From Chitinophagales bacterium (GTDB lineage Bacteria; Bacteroidota; Bacteroidia; Chitinophagales; LD1): a stretch of DNA of 64,000 nt. Shown one piece after another: positions 8,426 through 16,931 of the stretch. How positions within the stretch are numbered: the first letter of the stretch is position 1; every line of letters begins with the position of its first letter. Location: NCBI GenBank assembly GCA_046329575.1, contig JAXLUJ010000013.1, forward strand, positions 4,338-68,337. The letters run 5' to 3'. A program made the position numbers and the translations under genes. Under the pieces are notes generated by a model that saw only the letters and a list, made by a program, of their open reading frames with translations, had not been told where the DNA came from and did not search any database.

Positions 8426-9472
8426 TTAGAACCTGCGACTTGGCAACGATTTGCTGCCTTTAAAATATTTGATGCTTTCACCCACATAGCTGAGCGAAAT
8501 TTCAAAAGCACCGCGGTTTTTGGTGGAACTGCTGAGCGACGAAATATTTACATCATATCCAAAGCCCAAACGCACATTGCGGAATTCAACCATCGCCATT
8601 GGAATGATTGCATCGCCAATGGTGTTGTTCACGCGATAACGGGCACCGATGTGTACGCTATTGTTTTTGCGGAATCCGGTTTGCATATAGTAACCGATAA
8701 ACAATCCAGGAGTGATTTCGCGCGAAGGTCCTTGCAAAAGCACCAGTAATTCGGGCGACAATGAAATATTTTTGCGCTTTCCGAAAAATGCTTCCAAATT
8801 GAAATCAACAGAAAACTTGCGGTACATGTTTCCGGCAAGTCCATTCTTTACGAACTGTTCTTTTGGTTCAATTAAATGGTAAGCACCAACGCCCACACCA
8901 AATTTTACTACATCCTTAAAATTCGATTTCCAGTACAAACCGGCGTTGAAGTCCCAGTTATGGATGCCGCGAGTGAAATCCTCTGCTGAAACCGGACGAA
9001 CATTATAATCAGCTTCGTGCTGATCGCCAAAAATCGGATTATCGATACGCTTTTGAACATAAGCGCCCTGCAAACCGATGGAAAGACGGTGGTTACCATC
9101 TTTTCCAAAGCCCTGATGGTAAGCCAGCGATAAAGAGGCATTCAGGTACGAAAGGCCGGCCTGACCCGAACGATCGTTAAAGAAACCTACGCCAACGGCA
9201 AGTTTTGAACGGCGTAAATAGCCTTCCAAAAAAGAAACGTCAACATCAGCGCCAATACTTTCATAGGCTGATTTGCTAAGGGCAGCGCCCCACTGGTTAC
9301 GGTACAGAACGCCCAAGCGGTAACTGCCGTTGTAGTTTCCTACCAACGCCGGATTCAGCTGCGAAGCGAACGTATAATATTGATTGAAGTGCGGGTCTTG
9401 CGCGTTACCGGTGAAGGCCGCCGCCACAAATACCAATGCCAGATACAGACGTGTAAAATTCTTCATAAGCAA
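8426..9472 (-). CDS. Type IX secretion system membrane protein, PorP/SprF family
   Basis: 348 aa. Signal peptide, then the AQDPHFNQYY…LNPALVG signature typical of PorP/SprF beta-barrels. Confidence 0.85.
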   Translation of the reverse strand: MLMKNFTRLYLALVFVAAAFTGNAQDPHFNQYYTFASQLNPALVGNYNGSYRLGVLYRNQWGAALSKSAYESIGADVDVSFLEGYLRRSKLAVGVGFFNDRSGQAGLSYLNASLSLAYHQGFGKDGNHRLSIGLQGAYVQKRIDNPIFGDQHEADYNVRPVSAEDFTRGIHNWDFNAGLYWKSNFKDVVKFGVGVGAYHLIEPKEQFVKNGLAGNMYRKFSVDFNLEAFFGKRKNISLSPELLVLLQGPSREITPGLFIGYYMQTGFRKNNSVHIGARYRVNNTIGDAIIPMAMVEFRNVRLGFGYDVNISSLSSSTKNRGAFEISLSYVGESIKYFKGSKSLPSRRF

Positions 9473-9601
9473 TCTCTAAAAAGGTTTCTAGTGGCTAAAA
9501 CTATGAACTTCCGCCAAAGGACAAAAGTTTTTGCACAAAAAATTAGTCGGTTAACAATGAAAACGGGGAAAAGCCATGAAACTGCGTTAGTTGCAGAAAG
9601 A

Positions 9602-9646
9602 TGTGGTAGGTGTGGTGGGTGTGGTTAGTGTGGTTAGTGTGGTGGT
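9602..9646. repeat. 9-bp GT-rich tandem array, 5 units (TGTGGTAGG TGTGGTGGG TGTGGTTAG TGTGGTTAG TGTGGTGGT)
   Basis: Read directly from the sequence. Intergenic, ~130-170 nt upstream of the porP start. Confidence 0.9.
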
Positions 9647-9679
9647 TAAATGCCCGCGGCTCTAAACTCTTAGCTCGCT

Positions 9680-9774
9680 CCTTGCGTCTTGCGTCTTGCG
9701 TCTTGCGTCTTGTGTCTTGCGTCTTGTGTCTTGCTCCTTGTGTCTTGCGGCTTGCGGCTTGTGTCTTGCGGCTT
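9680..9774. repeat. Heptanucleotide tandem array, ~13 units of TCTTGCG/TCTTGTG/GCTTGCG, same family and orientation as 5895-5993
   Basis: Read directly: ccttgcg tcttgcg x3 tcttgtg tcttgcg tcttgtg tcttgct ccttgtg tcttgcg gcttgcg gcttgtg tcttgcg gctt. Intergenic, between the VOC gene stop and the porP start. Confidence 0.95.
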
Positions 9775-9785
9775 ACATCTCCTAA

Positions 9786-10166
9786 CTATGCCTCATCTTC
9801 TGCAAACGTAAGCACATAACCATTTGGGTCTTGAATCGAAAACTCAGTAGCTCCGTAAAAAGTTTTTTCCAACCCCTTAATCACTGTTGCATGATCTTTT
9901 ATTTTTTCGAAGAATTCGCGGATGCCTTCTACCTGAATATACAACAACAGCGATCCGCCACTCCTTCTTGAGATTGCGGGCAAATCCTGCCCCAGGCTTT
10001 CCATGGTTTGAAACATGAAGGTAACTTCACCCAGCACCATCATCACCCAAACCGGTTCGCCTTTATCGGGAACGCGGTTCACTTCTTTAAAACCAAGTTG
10101 TTCGTAAAATGCGATAGTGGCGTGAATATCTTTCACGAAAATATTTGGGGAGATAGATTTCATCAT
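9786..10166 (-). CDS. VOC-family (glyoxalase/bleomycin-resistance fold) protein
   Basis: 126 aa with the typical small VOC layout (…IFVKDI..ATIAFYEQLGF… FSIQDPNGYVLTF). Confidence 0.7.
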   Translation of the reverse strand: MMKSISPNIFVKDIHATIAFYEQLGFKEVNRVPDKGEPVWVMMVLGEVTFMFQTMESLGQDLPAISRRSGGSLLLYIQVEGIREFFEKIKDHATVIKGLEKTFYGATEFSIQDPNGYVLTFAEDEA

Positions 10167-10246
10167 AAAAGTGAATTTCCTGTTGATTATCTAAAACTAT
10201 GCCGAAATTTCCCAAAAGATAACTGAAGAAATAACCTCAATCGCAA

Positions 10247-11434
10247 TCACTCCAGCAATGCTTCGGAAACGCGCACTGTTGCTGCACTCACCGGATTTTT
10301 ACGCCCATGATCGCAGCCGGGTAGCTGGGCGTGATAGGTAGTCCATACCGCGCTGGTATCGCTTCTAGGATCGGCGCGGTAATAATCGGTTGAAACGATT
10401 TGTGCACCGCTGTTATAGGCATTGTTGGCGTCAGTATAATCGCCGGTGCGGGCCTGCTCGGTATCGGCATCTGCCCGTGTACGAACAATGTAACCGCGCC
10501 TCACCAAACTTTGAATGGTATCAAAATCGCCGGTAGGATCGTTCATAATCACAAAGGCCGCCTCAGGATCGCCGGGATCTGCGTAAGTAAACATAGCGCG
10601 CCCCTGCAGTGACGGATGACCTGCCAAATAAAAAGGCACGGCATTTCCCTGCATAATAAAGACCACCTTACCGCGGCAATCGCCAAGTTTTGGCCAGCGA
10701 TGCTGTACTGCCACTTCGTTCAAAGTTGAAGCCCCATTGCGCACTTTGTCAGGGGTTATTACTTTGTCTAATTGCTCGCCAAAAACACTTTTGATTTCCC
10801 TGTCCAGTTCATCTGCAGCCGCTGCATTGTAAACCGGCGCAGGTTGAAATCCCAGTGCTGCTAATTGTGCGTTTTGGGCCGGGCCGTCTTGCTTACTTTC
10901 GATATTAATAAACAATGGCACGTGATTCGGATTGGCTTCGCTCCAATTGCGCACTGCCCAAAGCGCTTCCCTGAAAGTATTATAGTGCGAATTGTAGTCA
11001 ACGTCCTTAATGTGTAACACCTTGAAGCCGGGAAGCAGCAAGGAATAGATATGAGAAACAGGGTCGGTGCCGATAAGTTCATTCATTTTGCGGCGATAGA
11101 AAACACCTCCTTGTGGATCGTTATAAATATCGATTTCCAGGCCGCGAATTCCATAGTCAGTCATCTGCTGATCGAAAGGCAAATGCTCATAGTCTAGTCC
11201 ATCCGGATCGTATTGCGGAGGCAAACTGGATTTCAGGTTCTGCAAAGCCGCATAAACAGCCGAGTCGGTATGCCGGTGGTAGCTATTGTGGCTGGCCAGT
11301 ATCTGAATCTGATTTAATTGCAGCGAATCGTCCTGTGGGTTGATTATAGCCTGTGTAGGACCTCTTTCATGTTTGCAACCACTTAAAATGACGATCAGAG
11401 CAAAAACTGATAAAACGTAGCGCATGTGAAACAC
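10247..11434 (-). CDS. Phosphoinositide-specific phospholipase C-like (PI-PLC X-domain-like) lipoprotein
   Basis: 395 aa. Lipoprotein leader (ILSGC). ILASHNSYH catalytic-His-type motif. The start may be the internal ATG at 11425. Confidence 0.55.
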   Translation of the reverse strand: MFHMRYVLSVFALIVILSGCKHERGPTQAIINPQDDSLQLNQIQILASHNSYHRHTDSAVYAALQNLKSSLPPQYDPDGLDYEHLPFDQQMTDYGIRGLEIDIYNDPQGGVFYRRKMNELIGTDPVSHIYSLLLPGFKVLHIKDVDYNSHYNTFREALWAVRNWSEANPNHVPLFINIESKQDGPAQNAQLAALGFQPAPVYNAAAADELDREIKSVFGEQLDKVITPDKVRNGASTLNEVAVQHRWPKLGDCRGKVVFIMQGNAVPFYLAGHPSLQGRAMFTYADPGDPEAAFVIMNDPTGDFDTIQSLVRRGYIVRTRADADTEQARTGDYTDANNAYNSGAQIVSTDYYRADPRSDTSAVWTTYHAQLPGCDHGRKNPVSAATVRVSEALLE

Positions 11435-11555
11435 ATATTTTACAGCAATTTAATATTAAGGGAATATCTGATAGCGAATTTCTGCCAAGAAGGACTATTC
11501 ATCTGCGAACGGGGCGGAAAATTCGCAATACGAAGACCCGAAGAAGGAAGTGATA

Positions 11556-13484
11556 TTAATTTCTTCTGTAAATATTCTTCCGTATGAACTTCGGACGGCG
11601 TTTCACTTCTTCAATGATCTTCGCCTGGTATTCGCCGATAACCGAAATGCCAAGCATGTTTAAGCCGCCAAAAAAGAGCAGCAACACAATGATGGTGGTA
11701 ATGCCATGTGGATTACCGGGAAAAACAAAATAGGCCACGATCTGAAAGATGATGGCAATGAATGATAATACCGTGAGCACACCACCTAAATAAGTAAGTA
11801 ACTCCAATGGAACGTAGCTGAAACTGAAAATAGCCTTTCGCGCCCAGCCCAGATTTTTCCGCCAGTTGTTGGTAGTTACGCCAAACATTCTTTCGGGACG
11901 AACATAGTTGATACCCGTTTGTTTGAAACCAACCCAGGCACGAAGACCGCGCATGAATTGATCTGTTTCGGGCATTCGAATCAATTGGTCCACCACTTTA
12001 CGGTCCATCAGTGAAAAATCGCCGGCATCTAATGGAATGGGTACATAGGACATAGAACGGAATAACCGGTAGAACAGCTTATAAAAAAAGGCAAGTTGCT
12101 GATTTCCTTCGCGGGCAACACGGCGCCCATACACCACATCAAAGCCCTCCAGATATTTTGCATAGAACTGTTCGATGAGTTCCGGCGGATCCTGAAGATC
12201 GCCGTCTAATAAAATCACCCCATCGCCGGTTGAAATCTCCATACCGCTTAGAAAGGCCGCCTGCGAGCCAAAATTGCGCGAGTGTTCTATTGCAATTACA
12301 TGATCATCCTGTTCCACCAATTTTTGTAATACTTCCGAAGCATGATCGGGCGAGGCATCGTTTACAAATATGATTTCATAATCTACACCAATTTTGGTGA
12401 AGGTATCGGTGAGTCTTTTGTACATAAACGGCACCGCTTCGGCATCGCGATAGCAGGCAATCACGGCGCTAAGTTTATGCCGGATTTTGTCCTGTACCAT
12501 CTTTTTTTCATAGAGCGGTTTGGAATAGTTTTTCTGCCATTGTGCCGTTTGTTCCAGCCCTTCTTTTAAACCGGTTTCATTCTTCCATTGCAACAAATCA
12601 GCAGCTAACCTGGCGTTGCCATACCATTCTTTTAGATCCCATTTCCGATTGGGGAAATCGCCCCATTCCGGCTCATTTTTCAAATTGAAAATTTCTCTAA
12701 TGGTAAAGGCGATATCGCGAATGGTGGTTTTTTTGTTTCCGGCTATATTGAACGAACGTCCGCGGGTTTGCTGAAAATCGGAGGTAGCCGCATTCAATGT
12801 GGCCAAAACCGCATCATCCACATATACAAAATCGCGCGATATATCGGGCTGCACCAACGGAGGATAAACTCCCGTTAAACCCTTTTCGATTAGCTGCGGG
12901 ATCAACCGGTCAGGTTCTTCATAAGGTCCATAAATGGAATAATAGCGAAGATTCAACACCGGCATTTCTTTGATGGTTCCGTAGAACTTGATCATTTGCG
13001 CTGCTGATGCTTTAGTTACAGCATAATGCGAATTAGGTTGCAATGGCGCATCTTCATCGGGAGCGGCAGCGTTCAATCCATATTCCGAACTGGATCCGGC
13101 ATGAACAAATGCTTTGATGGCATATTGTGAACTCACCTCTAACAGGTTCAGCAAACCCATAAAGTTGGTTTCATAAATCAAGTCAACATTACTTTGTTTA
13201 GAATAGGCCCCATAAGCCGCCAAATCGAAAATGGTTTGAAACCGGTGGGTGCTGAACAATTGCTCAATTTCGTGGCGTTTGGTGATGTTACAATGAAGAA
13301 TGCGGTGGGGATCGCAATCATCCAGCCGCCATGGGATGAACGGCTTGGAAGTTACCGCAAAAACGTCGCTGCGGTACTTTGAAATCTGGCGAAACAGGTT
13401 GGCGCCAATAAATCCTCCGGCACCAAAAATTACGATTGGACCAGCAAGCTGGTTCACCTGCGCCTGAATTTTTTCATCTAACAT
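11556..13484 (-). CDS. Fusion protein: NAD-dependent epimerase/dehydratase (SDR) domain + family-2 glycosyltransferase with C-terminal TM helices (ArnC/DPM1-like)
   Basis: 642 aa. N-terminus has a GAGGFIGANL Rossmann motif and YxxxK (YAVTKAS). C-terminal half has LSAVIACYRD…DYEIIFVNDASPD…LDGDLQDPP (GT2 DxD), then two hydrophobic helices. Confidence 0.8.
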   Translation of the reverse strand: MLDEKIQAQVNQLAGPIVIFGAGGFIGANLFRQISKYRSDVFAVTSKPFIPWRLDDCDPHRILHCNITKRHEIEQLFSTHRFQTIFDLAAYGAYSKQSNVDLIYETNFMGLLNLLEVSSQYAIKAFVHAGSSSEYGLNAAAPDEDAPLQPNSHYAVTKASAAQMIKFYGTIKEMPVLNLRYYSIYGPYEEPDRLIPQLIEKGLTGVYPPLVQPDISRDFVYVDDAVLATLNAATSDFQQTRGRSFNIAGNKKTTIRDIAFTIREIFNLKNEPEWGDFPNRKWDLKEWYGNARLAADLLQWKNETGLKEGLEQTAQWQKNYSKPLYEKKMVQDKIRHKLSAVIACYRDAEAVPFMYKRLTDTFTKIGVDYEIIFVNDASPDHASEVLQKLVEQDDHVIAIEHSRNFGSQAAFLSGMEISTGDGVILLDGDLQDPPELIEQFYAKYLEGFDVVYGRRVAREGNQQLAFFYKLFYRLFRSMSYVPIPLDAGDFSLMDRKVVDQLIRMPETDQFMRGLRAWVGFKQTGINYVRPERMFGVTTNNWRKNLGWARKAIFSFSYVPLELLTYLGGVLTVLSFIAIIFQIVAYFVFPGNPHGITTIIVLLLFFGGLNMLGISVIGEYQAKIIEEVKRRPKFIRKNIYRRN

Positions 13485-13563
13485 GCTTCAAAGAAAAAAA
13501 AGTTGGCGCAATGACACAGCATTTGGCTGTAGCATTGCGCCAGCAATTCAGGAGAATGAGTGT

Positions 13564-14304
13564 TTATTGGTTCACTACTCTTTTTGTTAGCAAGATGCGA
13601 TTTTCCGAAACTATCGTCACTACGTAGATCCCTTTTGAAATTCCTTCCATTGGAACAGTTGTAGTAGCCTGGCTGATGGTACTGCTATGCAAAACTTTGC
13701 CATTTAGATCTAGAACCGACAAGGTTGCTGTGGAACGAAAGGTTTCGTTCGCTTTCAGTTGAATGCAATTATTGGTGCAGCCAATCGTTCCAAAATCATT
13801 GATATCGGAAATCCCTAATGAAGTTTGTCCTGCAGTAATAGCACCGCCGTTAGCGTTATAAGCGAAATTATCGACATAGGCCGATGAGGAACCGCACTGT
13901 ACATACACGTAACCATAAACAGTTTGGCCGCCAACAGTAGCTTTCAGGCCAACATATCCCGATTGGTTACCGCCTCCAAAATTACCAGCGCTTCCATAGC
14001 TGTAGCACAAACGAGCTGAATCGCCCCAGGTATTATTGCCAATCTGATTTCCGTATGAGAGGTGGTTACCATCAATACCTGATTCGATTTCCACTTTGTT
14101 GCCATTTTTGCCAACAATGCGAATGATATAATCGCTCATTTGGTAATCTACAACAATCCAGAAATCTTTCACTCCATTGTTGTCAATATCCAACTTATAT
14201 GGCGCTCCATAAGTTGCCGAGGTAGAACCTGCTGAGCCGGTAACGATTTGTGAGTAGGAATAGAGGGTGCCAAAAAGGAACAAAAACGTAAACAATTTTT
14301 TCAT
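13564..14304 (-). CDS. Secreted protein with T9SS type-A C-terminal sorting domain
   Basis: 246 aa with a signal peptide. The C-terminal ~70 aa (…LSVLDLNGKVLH…GIYVVTIVSENRILLTKRVV) look like a Por secretion tail. Confidence 0.7.
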   Translation of the reverse strand: MKKLFTFLFLFGTLYSYSQIVTGSAGSTSATYGAPYKLDIDNNGVKDFWIVVDYQMSDYIIRIVGKNGNKVEIESGIDGNHLSYGNQIGNNTWGDSARLCYSYGSAGNFGGGNQSGYVGLKATVGGQTVYGYVYVQCGSSSAYVDNFAYNANGGAITAGQTSLGISDINDFGTIGCTNNCIQLKANETFRSTATLSVLDLNGKVLHSSTISQATTTVPMEGISKGIYVVTIVSENRILLTKRVVNQ

Positions 14305-14390
14305 GACGTAATTTTCGGCGAATATATGGCGAAGCCCGCATTTTGCAAGGGGTTCCGCAATTTAACAGACTTCAAAAAAGTTAAAGTTGT

Positions 14391-15311
14391 TTAAGCTCTT
14401 CCCGCAAGCAAATACAAAACCGCCATACGAATAGCCACGCCATTTTCCACCTGTTGTAAGATGATGCTTTGTTTAGAATCGGCTACATCACTGTTCAATT
14501 CCACACCGCGGTTGATGGGCCCCGGGTGCATGATCGTAATAGGTTTCCGGATACTATCCAACAACTCGCGATGAATGCCATAGAAGAGGGAATATTCGCG
14601 AAGCGAAGGAATGAATTTAATATCCATTCGCTCCAACTGAATGCGCAGCACATTAGCTACATCGCACCATTCCAAAGCCTTTTTCACATCGGGTTCAAAA
14701 GTAACGCCTAACTCTTCGATGTATTTGGGTATAAGCGTTGGCGGTCCGCACACTTTCACATTCGCCCCCATCTTAAGCATGAGCGGAATGTCGGAACCCG
14801 CTACCCGACTGTGTTTGATATCTCCAACAATAAGATAGTTCAGCCCTTTAAGCGAACCCATTTTTTCAAGCACGCTGAATCCATCCAGAAGCCCTTGAGT
14901 GGGATGTTCATGTGTGCCATCACCGGCGTTGATGATGGAAGCGTTGATATGTTGTGAAAGAAAATGAGGTGCGCCGCTGGAAGAATGGCGCATCACAATC
15001 ATATCTACCTTCATGGCCAAAATATTGTTTACCGTATCCAGTAGCGTTTCACCCTTTTTTACTGAAGAACCGGATGCGGAAAAATTGATGGTATCGGCAC
15101 TCAGTCGTTTTTCAGCCAGCTCAAAAGAAATTCGCGTTCGGGTAGAATCTTCAAAAAACAAATTAGCAATGGTGATGTCGCGCAGCGAAGGCACTTTTTT
15201 TATGGGCTGTTGCAGAATTTTTTTGAAATGAGCCGCCTGGTCAAATATCAGCCGGATGTCGCTTGGCAGCAACGGTTTAATTCCAGTTAAGTGTTTCTGA
15301 CTAAGTGCCAT
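14391..15311 (-). CDS. pyrB: Aspartate carbamoyltransferase catalytic subunit
   Basis: 306 aa. STRTR (FFEDSTRTRISFE), HPTQGLLD and HPGP motifs. Confidence 0.93.
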   Translation of the reverse strand: MALSQKHLTGIKPLLPSDIRLIFDQAAHFKKILQQPIKKVPSLRDITIANLFFEDSTRTRISFELAEKRLSADTINFSASGSSVKKGETLLDTVNNILAMKVDMIVMRHSSSGAPHFLSQHINASIINAGDGTHEHPTQGLLDGFSVLEKMGSLKGLNYLIVGDIKHSRVAGSDIPLMLKMGANVKVCGPPTLIPKYIEELGVTFEPDVKKALEWCDVANVLRIQLERMDIKFIPSLREYSLFYGIHRELLDSIRKPITIMHPGPINRGVELNSDVADSKQSIILQQVENGVAIRMAVLYLLAGRA

Positions 15312-15362
15312 TTTTAAATTATCAGTAATCCGTTTTCAATTCCCAATTTTCAATTTATCACT

Positions 15363-15902
15363 CTATTTTTCCTCAATCCAAACACGGTCTGCACCATCTT
15401 TTTCCTTCCACTCTACCCGTACTTTTTCTGCCGCAATAGAATCAATTACCTTACCGGCATACTTTGCCTGAATGGGCAAGTGCCGCTGCAATCTTCTGTC
15501 AATTAAAACCAGTAGTTCCACGTCGTTTGGCCGCCCGAAAGAAAGCATGGCATCCAGTGCTGCGCGAATCGTACGGCCGGTGTACAACACATCATCTACC
15601 AACACCACATTGCGGCCTTCAATACTAAAATTGATGGTGGTTTCTGCCGCTAAAAGTGAATCGCCCTTCAACCGAAAATCATCACGATGAAATGTGATAT
15701 CGAGTTTACCGAAGTCAATGTTCTTTTTTTGTAGAATTTCGCAAAGGCGCTTATGTATTCTTTCTGCCAATGCCACGCCGCGTGGCTGAACGCCAATAAT
15801 GCAAGCCTGAGAAAAATCGCGGTGTTGCTCGATCAATTGATGACAAAGCCGGTCGATGGTAAGGTGGAAACGCGCACTGTCGAGAATCAGTCGTGGCTGC
15901 AT
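15363..15902 (-). CDS. pyrR: Bifunctional pyrimidine regulatory protein PyrR / uracil phosphoribosyltransferase
   Basis: PRPP-binding motif VVLVDDVLYTGRT. Sits upstream of pyrB. Start placed at the internal ATG (MQPRLILD…) of track ORF 15363..15932. Confidence 0.85.
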   Translation of the reverse strand: MQPRLILDSARFHLTIDRLCHQLIEQHRDFSQACIIGVQPRGVALAERIHKRLCEILQKKNIDFGKLDITFHRDDFRLKGDSLLAAETTINFSIEGRNVVLVDDVLYTGRTIRAALDAMLSFGRPNDVELLVLIDRRLQRHLPIQAKYAGKVIDSIAAEKVRVEWKEKDGADRVWIEEK

Positions 15903-15985
15903 GCGGAGGTAAAGGTAGCGAAAAAGACGCAAGTAGCAAGTAAGAAGCAGCTAGGTGTTAGTTGTTCTCCATAATGAATTTCACT

Positions 15986-16927
15986 TTATTCCACCAATCC
16001 CCTGCCCTGCTTTTTGATGGCGCCGGCTTCCTGCAGTTGCTTGCGCGTTTTATCGAGAACGCCGTTCACAAAGTCCTTGCTTTTTGGAGTACTGTACAAT
16101 TTCGAAATGTCGATATATTCATTGATCGACACCTTTACCGGAACGGTAGGAAAGTATTTCAGTTCGCAAATCGCCAGTTTCATAATTACCAGATCGAGCA
16201 CAGCAATTCGGTCCATATCCCAGTTTGCAAGATTTGGTTCAATATCCTTTGCCAGTTCCTCACTGTGCGCCACGTATTGGCGCAACAGGTCGCGGGCAAA
16301 TTTCTGTTCGGTTTCCCAGGCTGAAATGCCTTCCATCAGCGCATTTTCATTGGTCGCATCAAAATTCTCGAGATATTTTAATAACACATGCGTGAGCAAT
16401 TGCTGATCATCGGAATAGTTCATGAAAAATTCTTCGAGATGCGCTTCCAGCTCTTCATTTGTGGCCAAAATTTTCTTTACAAGAAATGACAGCAATTCGA
16501 TATCCTGCTCGGCAGTAGGTTTGGCAAGGGCTGCGTATTCCTTGTACTTCGGCTTAGAACTCCAGGCCACAAACAAATCTTTCACTACATCCTGCGAAAC
16601 ATAATTGTGAATCTTTTCCGTTTTGCAGTACGTCTGAAATCGCGGATTAGTTTTCAGAAATTGCACTACGGCATTTGCTGCAATTTGAGTGCTGATATTT
16701 TTATCGGCCTCTGTTTTTACATGACGCGCCATGCGTCTTGCAGCATCTACCATACTATATTCGCACACGTCGATCAGGTAGGCCAAATCAGTGAGGTACA
16801 GCTTTAAGCTGCGCGCCATACTTTTTTCCAGATCGCCTTCCAGCGAAGCCAATGGTATATCGGGATTCATTTCCAACCCAAACAACACTTGCATCACTTT
16901 AATGCGCAAACTTCTTCTGCCTAACAT
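15986..16927 (-). CDS. nusB: Transcription antitermination factor NusB (long Bacteroidetes form)
   Basis: RSLRIKVMQVLF… N-terminus and a C-terminal NusB fold (…AICELKYF..VPVKVSINEYIDISK.YS). Start set to ATG 16927, 4 nt after the upstream stop, instead of the overlapping 17053. Confidence 0.8.
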   Translation of the reverse strand: MLGRRSLRIKVMQVLFGLEMNPDIPLASLEGDLEKSMARSLKLYLTDLAYLIDVCEYSMVDAARRMARHVKTEADKNISTQIAANAVVQFLKTNPRFQTYCKTEKIHNYVSQDVVKDLFVAWSSKPKYKEYAALAKPTAEQDIELLSFLVKKILATNEELEAHLEEFFMNYSDDQQLLTHVLLKYLENFDATNENALMEGISAWETEQKFARDLLRQYVAHSEELAKDIEPNLANWDMDRIAVLDLVIMKLAICELKYFPTVPVKVSINEYIDISKLYSTPKSKDFVNGVLDKTRKQLQEAGAIKKQGRGLVE

Positions 16928-16931
16928 ATTC

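Noticed and set aside
5895-9774. Whether the tandem arrays could be CRISPR arrays
   Set aside because: The units are 7 or 9 bp with no spacers, and no cas genes are present. They are microsatellites, not CRISPRs.
15921-15950. Three degenerate heptamer-like units (CGCAAGT AGCAAGT AAGAAGC) between pyrR and nusB, the reverse complement of the TCTTGCN family
   Set aside because: Too short and too degenerate to distinguish from chance. It is mentioned only as a possible relic under the heptamer finding.
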